This document shows, piece by piece, positions 9,128 to 16,013 of a stretch of DNA of 26,337 nucleotides; the stretch's first letter is position 1, and each line of letters begins with the position of its first letter. Source of the DNA: Minisyncoccota bacterium (GTDB lineage: Bacteria > Patescibacteriota > Minisyncoccia > Phycocordibacterales > UBA9973); NCBI GenBank assembly GCA_017984185.1, contig JAGNZX010000001.1, positions 1-26,337 on the forward strand, written 5' to 3'. The translations under genes were made by a program, and so were the position numbers. The notes beneath the pieces were generated by a model, which ran no database searches, had not been told where the DNA came from, and saw nothing but the letters and a program-made list of their open reading frames with translations.

Positions 9128-10876
9128 TTATTCAGAAACCACTCGAAACACTTCTTCAAGAGAAGTTACACCCAACACAGCCTGAAAAACTCCATCTTCA
9201 AACATGGTCATCATGCCTTCTTTTTTAGCTTGTGCCTCTACATCATCTTGTGAAGAACCTTTAATAATCATTTCTTTAATAGTCGGTGTAACTTTCAATA
9301 CTTCATGCATCCCGACACGATTAGAATACCCGTCTTCTAGATCGTTCGTCTTTACCGGTCTATAAAAAGGAATTTTGTCCCAAGTATCTGTTGCCCCAAC
9401 AATTTTTTCCTCTTTTAGAAAAGCCAACATGCGATCAAGGTCTACAATCTTCGCTAAATTTTTTATCTCTACCGGAGATAAAAAATATTTTTCTTTATTT
9501 GGCATAAGTCTACGCACAAGCCTCTGGGCAATTATTGTTTTTACTGTAGCTGTAATAAGAAAAGGCTCAACTCCCATGTCTATCAAACGAGGAACCGCTC
9601 CTGCTGCAGAGTTCGTGTGAATTGTGGACAGAACCAAGTGACCAGTCAAAGAAGCATTGACCGCCAATCCTGCTGTCTCACCGTCACGAATCTCCCCCAC
9701 CATCACAATGTCTGGATCTTGGCGCAAAAGTGAACGTAAACCATTAGAAAAAGTCAGACCAATTTCTGATTTTATTTGAGTTTGATTTATACGAGGCATT
9801 TGATATTCAATCGGGTCTTCCACTGTCGAAATATTTACTTCTGGTTTATTTAAAATTTCAAGCATTGTGTATAGGGTCGTAGTTTTTCCAGAACCAGTCG
9901 GTCCTGTGGCCAAAATCATACCTGTTTTTTGTTTTAATGAACTTTGAATACGCTCAAGAGCTTCACCATGAAAACCGAGAGTTTCAAGAGTAAAACCGTG
10001 AGAATTTTCTTTGAGTAGACGGATGACGGTTTTCTCACCAAAAAATGTTGGTAAAATCGAAACACGGAAAGAAATCTTTTCGCCGTTTTCTTCTTTTTTA
10101 AATCTTCCGTCTTGGGGAAGTCTTTTTTCATCAAGTTTTAAGTTGGCCATGACTTTAATACGTGCCGTAATACCAGCTGATGCATTTTTGTCCAAGACCA
10201 TCGCATCATGCAAGATTCCATCAATACGATAACGGATAGTTAAATCTTTCTCCCCTGGTTCAATGTGTATGTCTGAAGCATTTTGTAAAATAGCATGCAC
10301 CACCAAAGAATCGACAATCTTAATCACCGGCAAATCTTCTGCCATTTCTTTTAATTCTCTTTCTGTCTTGTCAGTAACATTGTCGGAATCAGTAGCAACC
10401 TCACTAGATTCTTTTTGAATAATATTCCCAAATTCTGCTTGTAAACTTTGTCGGTATTGCACTAGCACAGCCTTCATTGAAGCTGAGTCAGTAAGCCGCG
10501 GCAATATCTTGAAACCCGAACGTTTTTTTATAAAATCAATCACCGGCAAGTCGTCGACATCCAACATTGCTACTTCTAGACCGTTACTAGTTTGTTTATA
10601 AGCAACAATATTATAATTTCTAGCAATTGGTTCAGGAATCAAAGACAATACAGATAAATCAACTTTTTGTTTAATTAAATTAACAAAAGGAATACCTAAA
10701 ACAAAAGCCTCCATTCTTTTTAAATCAGACTCAGATATCTTTCCGTCCGAAAGTAACACGTTACCAAGTTTTTGTTTTTTTTCTTCAGCCTTTTTTTCCG
10801 ATATATCCAGATCTTCTGGGTTTACTAATCCAGAATCTAAAATAAATTTTTTCAGCTGTTTTTCATCAATTTGCAT
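9128..10876 (-). CDS. pilB: Type IV pilus assembly ATPase PilB/GspE
   Basis: ASDIHIEP, RLPQDGR, Walker A GPTGSGKTTT, Asp box TVEDPIE, Walker B DPDIVMVGEIRD, His box TGHLVLSTIHTN. Start set at ATG 10876 (MQIDEK) because the ORF-track start at 10912 lies inside the upstream palindrome. Confidence 0.95.
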   Translation of the reverse strand: MQIDEKQLKKFILDSGLVNPEDLDISEKKAEEKKQKLGNVLLSDGKISESDLKRMEAFVLGIPFVNLIKQKVDLSVLSLIPEPIARNYNIVAYKQTSNGLEVAMLDVDDLPVIDFIKKRSGFKILPRLTDSASMKAVLVQYRQSLQAEFGNIIQKESSEVATDSDNVTDKTERELKEMAEDLPVIKIVDSLVVHAILQNASDIHIEPGEKDLTIRYRIDGILHDAMVLDKNASAGITARIKVMANLKLDEKRLPQDGRFKKEENGEKISFRVSILPTFFGEKTVIRLLKENSHGFTLETLGFHGEALERIQSSLKQKTGMILATGPTGSGKTTTLYTMLEILNKPEVNISTVEDPIEYQMPRINQTQIKSEIGLTFSNGLRSLLRQDPDIVMVGEIRDGETAGLAVNASLTGHLVLSTIHTNSAAGAVPRLIDMGVEPFLITATVKTIIAQRLVRRLMPNKEKYFLSPVEIKNLAKIVDLDRMLAFLKEEKIVGATDTWDKIPFYRPVKTNDLEDGYSNRVGMHEVLKVTPTIKEMIIKGSSQDDVEAQAKKEGMMTMFEDGVFQAVLGVTSLEEVFRVVSE

Positions 10877-10892
10877 TAAGTATAGTATATCA

Positions 10893-10930
10893 AAAAATCC
10901 CCTTGAAAACATGTTTTCAAGGGGATTTTT
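10893..10930. terminator. 38-bp perfect palindrome; likely intrinsic terminator of the 819-aa gene
   Basis: aaaaatccccttgaaaacatgttttcaaggggattttt equals its own reverse complement, with T-runs on both strands. It lies 13 nt past the 10944 stop and just upstream of the pilB TGa-TATACT box (10884-10892). Confidence 0.75.
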
Positions 10931-10943
10931 ATTTTAGACTAAA

Positions 10944-13403
10944 TTAATTTTCTATAAAGAAAGGAGTTTTTCTTACTTTAACTTCTACTTCCCCAGAACC
11001 ACCATCATTATTACAAATAACATCATATTTCTTGGTCAGATCAGGAGTAAATGTAACAGTACCAGATGGATTACCTATGCCATCGGGAGGGTTGTCTGTA
11101 TCAGTACTAAAATTAACACCCACACTGGTAGTAGAAGTAGCTGGACATTCCCAATCAATTGTAATAGTGCCTCCAGAAGTTATGGTACAAGTAGAGCCTT
11201 CACACACACAAGAAGTATTTGTACCGCATTTAGGTGCTACCACTCCCACATTCACCCAAGCAGAATCTGTCACAGTCGACCATGTTACGGCGTAAACTTG
11301 TTTAACTAAATCAAGTAATGAAAAAAAGTTGTTTGTGTCTTTTGCGGTCAGACTACTGTCTTGTCGACATGTTATGGTATATTCATACGATCCATTTGTA
11401 TTCGCAGCCGTGATATCCACATTACTATCAGATACTGGTCTCGAACCATTACTCCATCCATCTCCCGAATATCCATCACTCGAAGAACAGGTTCGGGAAG
11501 AATGCCCAAATGAATCCCAAGACAACTGAACTACTTCTCCCTTTAACACATTCATGGCACCAGCTGCTGTGTCGTGGTTAGCACCATTCAATTTCAAATC
11601 TACAGAAAGTCCCGCCGAAACAGAAGTACAAGAACCATTTATCCAAGCTGTGCCAGAAATACAATTTGCATAAGCAGTTACTGTCGCTAATAATTTTTCA
11701 TTATTATATAAATATAAATTTCTACTATTATAATGAATGGGCACAGACAAGCTACCAGTGTGCCCAGTGGCAACTACTGTATTGGGAGCTGGGTAAGAAG
11801 AAGTTACTTTGGTTGTCGCGCTTTCTGGGTTGACCACACTCCAATCAATAGTAGTATTACACGATGTCCCACCTGACGGGATACTGCAAGTTAGCGGAGT
11901 TGCCGTCAAAGCTCCAGTCATTGGAGACGGAGCGCAAGTAATTGCACGAGGAGTCAAATTTAAGGCTGTGCGTGAACCATCTTGCAAATCTATCGCGTAA
12001 GCATAAAGAGAATGAGCAGTATTATCTTTCAAAGATAGTGGAATAGGCCAAACGAATCCATGATCTTTACTAATGCCAGCACCAGGATTTAAATCAGATC
12101 TTGTTAAATTTGCAGAAAACTCACCGACCGCAACCTTGTTTGCAGCGTATGGCCCATCAAAAATTTGAATTGTCACAGGAGAATTTGGCGCGTCCCAATC
12201 TAGCGCCCAACCACCAGCATCTGTGCAAGTGGCAGAATCATGAGAACCGACTGGTAAATTGTTTGAACAAGAAGTTCCATTCCAAGGAGTCGCGGTGTTA
12301 CAAACAGTAACTGTCGCAGTCTTTAACTTTTCCGCATTGTTGTAGAGATAAAAAGTAGTGACACCATCCAGACTCACACCATTAGTACCTAAATTTGAAT
12401 TGAAAGGAACAGCAAAAACTACGTTGGTTCCAGTATTTCCAGAAGAAGAAGCTGGAGTCGCTCCGCCGTTGTTGGTCACAGCTGAAGTCGCTACTGGATT
12501 ATCTGTCGTCCAAGACAAAGTAGCATTACAAGTCGTCGCACCTGAAGCCAAAGTACAACCTTGTGAAGCAGGAGTGAGTGTTCCAGACATTGGATTAGCA
12601 CTCACGGTCACCGTGGTTTCTGCCCAAGCACTAGCACCGCTACCATCATTGTAACAAGTAATACGATATGTGGTTGTCGAAGTAGGGTAAGCTGTAGTGC
12701 TACTAGCTGGGGGCACACCTTGTCCATAAAAAGCCGGTAATCCGCTTGTGGCGGTGCAACCATCAGCATTGGTAGAACTCCAAGACAACTCTGTTCTACC
12801 TCCAGAAATCACCGATGAAGGATCAGCACTAATTGAGACCGTTGGGGTCACTTTGGCTTGAGAGCAAGATGCGTCACTACCACCGTTTGTTCCAGCACAT
12901 GTCCAAGTATAAGAGTTCGTGCCGTTGTTTGTATTGGTGCTATTTCCGGCATTACAAGTGTAATGAGAAGAAGCACAAGAACCATTTACTTCGGGACTAG
13001 CAGCAAAATTAATATTTACCGTCCTTGCTGCTGTAAGTGGAAGAGGAAGAGGACTAGGACCCTCACAATTTTGTTCAACAAAAACTTCAATCGATCCATT
13101 TCCACTTGAAACTAAATATGTATACTCTCTTCCTTCGGAATTTGGACCAGGGTAAGTATTATAATTATCAGGAAATGAGATGTAATTAGGAGAACTAGGT
13201 TCAGCATATGTGTAAACATAAAACTTAAAATTACTTAAGGGCATACTGGCCGGATTTCCAGGAATATCAATACTAATACTGGGATAACCAATTTCACTAC
13301 ATAAAGCTATAGCGGAAACATTTTTAGGAGGAATTAAAACAAAAAAACTAAAAACAAAGCTACTTATTAAAATAAATGCAAAATATTTAAATTGTTTTTT
13401 CAT
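10944..13403 (-). CDS. Secreted Cys/Ser/Thr-rich multidomain surface protein (Ig-like and disulfide modules)
   Basis: Signal peptide MKKQFKYFAFILISSFVFSFFVLIPPKNVSA. Two copies of an ~100-aa module (PMSGTLT..C..C...LYNN..L...C...W.NG.C), Ig-like LSWSSTNA..C...TY.ITC strands and a GWALDWD..HGF..YAYAID module. Confidence 0.85.
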   Translation of the reverse strand: MKKQFKYFAFILISSFVFSFFVLIPPKNVSAIALCSEIGYPSISIDIPGNPASMPLSNFKFYVYTYAEPSSPNYISFPDNYNTYPGPNSEGREYTYLVSSGNGSIEVFVEQNCEGPSPLPLPLTAARTVNINFAASPEVNGSCASSHYTCNAGNSTNTNNGTNSYTWTCAGTNGGSDASCSQAKVTPTVSISADPSSVISGGRTELSWSSTNADGCTATSGLPAFYGQGVPPASSTTAYPTSTTTYRITCYNDGSGASAWAETTVTVSANPMSGTLTPASQGCTLASGATTCNATLSWTTDNPVATSAVTNNGGATPASSSGNTGTNVVFAVPFNSNLGTNGVSLDGVTTFYLYNNAEKLKTATVTVCNTATPWNGTSCSNNLPVGSHDSATCTDAGGWALDWDAPNSPVTIQIFDGPYAANKVAVGEFSANLTRSDLNPGAGISKDHGFVWPIPLSLKDNTAHSLYAYAIDLQDGSRTALNLTPRAITCAPSPMTGALTATPLTCSIPSGGTSCNTTIDWSVVNPESATTKVTSSYPAPNTVVATGHTGSLSVPIHYNSRNLYLYNNEKLLATVTAYANCISGTAWINGSCTSVSAGLSVDLKLNGANHDTAAGAMNVLKGEVVQLSWDSFGHSSRTCSSSDGYSGDGWSNGSRPVSDSNVDITAANTNGSYEYTITCRQDSSLTAKDTNNFFSLLDLVKQVYAVTWSTVTDSAWVNVGVVAPKCGTNTSCVCEGSTCTITSGGTITIDWECPATSTTSVGVNFSTDTDNPPDGIGNPSGTVTFTPDLTKKYDVICNNDGGSGEVEVKVRKTPFFIEN

Positions 13404-13462
13404 GTCTGTAAATTATATCACAAGCAAAATAAAAACAGAAGAAATTTAATATGAAAATTGAG

Positions 13463-13491
13463 TGCGGGAGGTGACAGAGTCACCTCCCGCA
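13463..13491. terminator. GC-rich hairpin downstream of the 127-aa gene
   Basis: tgcgggaggtgac-aga-gtcacctcccgca: 13-bp perfect stem, 3-nt loop, 13 nt beyond the 13505 stop. The U-tract is weak (ctcaatttt). Confidence 0.55.
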
Positions 13492-13504
13492 TCCAACACG
13501 ATTC

Positions 13505-13888
13505 CTACTTGAGGTCTACGTAGACCTCCACCGGTTCTACTGTTGGTGTGGTGGCTTTGAAGGCCACCCTGTTTGCCGGTTCCGGCAACCAGGTAGGTGG
13601 GCGAGTCGATGCGGTCCCGCAGTCCGCAACGACAGCCGACTGTGAAGCTCCGAGGTATTTCTCCCCGGAGATTCCCACCCAAAAAAGCTCGAACCTCCAG
13701 GTCACCCCCCCGGTCCCCTTGCAAGTGTATTGCACGAGTGACTGGGTGGCAACAATGACGTTCACGGCGAACGTCGGTATGGGGGTCGGCGTCGGGCTTG
13801 CGGTAGCCGACGGACTGGCGGGTGACGACCCGCAGGCGGTGTTAGTCGCCATCACCAGGATGGCAACCAGCATAAGGACGAACTTCAT
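13505..13888 (-). CDS. GC-rich putative lipoprotein (ORFan-like)
   Basis: MKFVLMLVAILVMATNTA-C lipoprotein-type signal, SPASPSATASPTPTPIPT linker, perfect AGGAGG (13897-13902) 8 nt before the ATG. Counted 220/360 G+C over 13501-13860. Confidence 0.7.
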   Translation of the reverse strand: MKFVLMLVAILVMATNTACGSSPASPSATASPTPTPIPTFAVNVIVATQSLVQYTCKGTGGVTWRFELFWVGISGEKYLGASQSAVVADCGTASTRPPTWLPEPANRVAFKATTPTVEPVEVYVDLK

Positions 13889-13981
13889 AACAATAGCCTC
13901 CTATGGGCCATGGCTCCAACAAAGGAGCGGTTGTCGTAGAACGACGCACTTGCTCAGGATTAAGCAAGGTATTCTAGATAT

Positions 13982-14011
13982 ATTATACCATAAAATATAG
14001 ACAAAATGCAA
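13982..14011 (-). promoter_or_regulatory. Sigma70-type promoter for the GC-rich cassette
   Basis: TTGCAT (14006-14011), 18-nt spacer, TGg-TATAAT (-10 at 13982-13987) on the minus strand. Confidence 0.55.
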
Positions 14012-14016
14012 ATAAA

Positions 14017-14036
14017 TGTGTATAAAGTGTGGATAA
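14017..14036. promoter_or_regulatory. Two tandem DnaA-box consensus 9-mers
   Basis: TGTGTATAA (14017-14025) and TGTGGATAA (14028-14036) both match the reverse complement of TTATNCACA. Confidence 0.5.
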
Positions 14037-14064
14037 TCCCCAAAACCAGTCTAGTGGAGAAAAA

Positions 14065-14093
14065 TTGCAATAAAAAAGGTATTGTGCTATTAT
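14065..14093 (+). promoter_or_regulatory. nusA promoter
   Basis: TTGCAA (14065-14070), 17-nt spacer ending in TGc, TATTAT (14088-14093). Confidence 0.6.
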
Positions 14094-14103
14094 ATTGTGG
14101 TAT

Positions 14104-14132
14104 AAGTCCTGTCGCAACAGGGCTTTTATATT
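14104..14132 (+). terminator. Terminator-like hairpin in the nusA 5' leader
   Basis: aagtcctgt-cgca-acagggctt (9-bp stem with one G-U) followed by an interrupted U-tract (ttatatt), about 5 nt after the predicted +1. Confidence 0.5.
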
Positions 14133-14211
14133 GATTAAAAGGCTAGATTTGGGACGAAAAACCTCAAAAAAGCTAATAAAATCAACATTTTTAGTAAAAT
14201 TAAATAATCAT

Positions 14212-15339
14212 ATGTTAGATCTAAAAACATTCAAATCAGCCTTAGAACAACTAGAACAAGAGCGAAAAATTCCAAAAGAAAAAATACTCGATGCCATCGA
14301 GCAAGCCATGGCTGCAGCTTACAAAAAAGATTACGGGAAAAAAGGACAAATTGTCCGAGCTAAATTTGATATGGAAACTGGTAAAACCGATTTCTATCAA
14401 ATCAAAATCGTCGTCGATGATAGTGTGGCAATTATTGGTGATGTTGAAGTCGAAGAGGGCGACGAACGCGTGCATTTCAACAACGAACACCACATCTTGC
14501 TAGAAGATGCCAAGAAAATAAAAAAAGGTGTCGAGCTAAATGACGAAATCGTCTTCCCTCTCGAAGCCAAAGATGATTACGGACGTATTGCGGCACAAAC
14601 AGCCAAGCAAGTCATCATCCAAAAGATTCGTGAAGCGGAAAGAACTTCAATTATCGATGAATACGGCACCAAAGAAGGTGAAGTAGTCTCTGGTGTGGTT
14701 CAAAAAATCGAAAGAGGCAATGTATATGTAGATTTCAATCGCGCTACAGGTATTTTAGCTGTCGAAGAACAAATTCCTGGAGAATACTTCCAACAAGGTG
14801 GACGCATCCGAGCTTATTTGTATTCAGTCGAAGATAGTCCTCGTGGTATCAATTTGCGATTATCGAGAACTCATCCAAAATTTATTGAAAAACTTTTCTC
14901 TATTGAAGCTCCGGAAATACAAAGCGGAATTGTGGAAATAAAATCTGTCGCTCGTGAAGCTGGAGCTCGATCCAAAATCGCTGTGCACAGCAACGATGAG
15001 CACATCGATGCTGTCGGTTCTTGCGTCGGTCAAAAAGGTACTCGAGTCAACACTATTACCTCTGAATTAGGTGGTGAAAAAATCGATATTATTCCTTGGT
15101 CAGAAGACCCAAAAGTCTTTGTTACCAATGCTCTTTCGCCAGCCAAGGTCCTCTCGATCGACATCGACGAAAAGGAACACAAAGCTACCGTAGAAGTCAC
15201 CGAAGACCAACTCTCACTCGCTATAGGTAAGGGTGGACAAAATGTTCGTCTAGCCGCCAAGCTCACTGGTTGGAGAATAGACATCAAGGGTGATGGAGCT
15301 CCAAAAGAAGAAAAAGTTGTTGAAAAAACAGAAGAGTAA
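14212..15339 (+). CDS. nusA: Transcription termination/antitermination factor NusA (375 aa, no acidic AR domains)
   Basis: YGRIAAQTAKQVIIQKIREAER, S1 domain, AREAGARSKIAV, GSCVGQKGTRV and LSLAIGKGGQNVRLAAKLTGWRIDI. Start moved to ATG 14212 (MLDLKTF). Confidence 0.97.
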   Translation: MLDLKTFKSALEQLEQERKIPKEKILDAIEQAMAAAYKKDYGKKGQIVRAKFDMETGKTDFYQIKIVVDDSVAIIGDVEVEEGDERVHFNNEHHILLEDAKKIKKGVELNDEIVFPLEAKDDYGRIAAQTAKQVIIQKIREAERTSIIDEYGTKEGEVVSGVVQKIERGNVYVDFNRATGILAVEEQIPGEYFQQGGRIRAYLYSVEDSPRGINLRLSRTHPKFIEKLFSIEAPEIQSGIVEIKSVAREAGARSKIAVHSNDEHIDAVGSCVGQKGTRVNTITSELGGEKIDIIPWSEDPKVFVTNALSPAKVLSIDIDEKEHKATVEVTEDQLSLAIGKGGQNVRLAAKLTGWRIDIKGDGAPKEEKVVEKTEE

Positions 15340-15354
15340 GACTATAATAAACTT

Positions 15355-15939
15355 ATGGCAAACATAAATCATAAACCTTCTAAGTTCATGCTAAATTTAT
15401 TGCATGTTCTCCCAGCATTTGTAGATGAAGAAAAAAATATTATAAACACTATTGTTGAGATAAATTCTGGCACAATAAATAAATACGAACTGATTACTGA
15501 AAGCGGAACATTAAAATTAGACCGTGTGGGCTATTCGTCTCTCGCCTATCCAGTTGCTTATGGAGCAATTCCATCGACCCTGGACGAGGATAATGATGCA
15601 TTAGATGTATTAATCGCTGGTGTAGAAGAACCGTTACCCGCTGGATGTCTCGTGGAAGCCAGAATCATCGGCATTATGAAATTTGTTGATGGTGGCGAAG
15701 TGGACGACAAGGTGATAACAGTATTGAGTGATGATAAAAGGATGGAACACATTACATCATTTGAACAACTAGGTGAACACGCCATCAAAGAAATACAACA
15801 TTTTTTTGAACACTACAAAGACTTAAAAAAACCTGGCACATGCGAAGTAAAGGGTTTTCTGGGCACAAAAGAAGCCTTGGAAACTATAAAAGAATGCGCG
15901 AAAAGATACAGCGAAATCTACGCTAAAAACTTAGAATAG
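15355..15939 (+). CDS. ppa: Family I inorganic pyrophosphatase
   Basis: NKYE, LKLDR, YPVAYGAIPSTLDEDNDALDVL, GEVDDKVI and HFFEHYKDL motifs. Confidence 0.93.
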   Translation: MANINHKPSKFMLNLLHVLPAFVDEEKNIINTIVEINSGTINKYELITESGTLKLDRVGYSSLAYPVAYGAIPSTLDEDNDALDVLIAGVEEPLPAGCLVEARIIGIMKFVDGGEVDDKVITVLSDDKRMEHITSFEQLGEHAIKEIQHFFEHYKDLKKPGTCEVKGFLGTKEALETIKECAKRYSEIYAKNLE

Positions 15940-16013
15940 GCTCTCTTTATTCTGTGTGAGTTTTAGTATATACTAAACTAGTGTTTGATTATTAATTTAG
16001 TTAACAATAATTT

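Noticed and set aside
13457-13497. Integron attC site at the end of the GC-rich cassette
   Set aside because: GTTGGAT precedes and ACTCAAT follows the hairpin, the reverse of the RYYYAAC...GTTRRRY order. There are no extrahelical bases and no integrase in the window.
13446-14000. Overlapping ORFs 13446-13724 (-) and 13548-14000 (+)
   Set aside because: Expected stop-poor frames in 61% GC DNA. Only 13505-13888 has an ATG, SD, signal peptide and downstream hairpin.
14000-14100. Replication origin
   Set aside because: Only two DnaA boxes, no dnaA or dnaN nearby, and the spacer is explained by two promoters. GC skew cannot be judged from this window.
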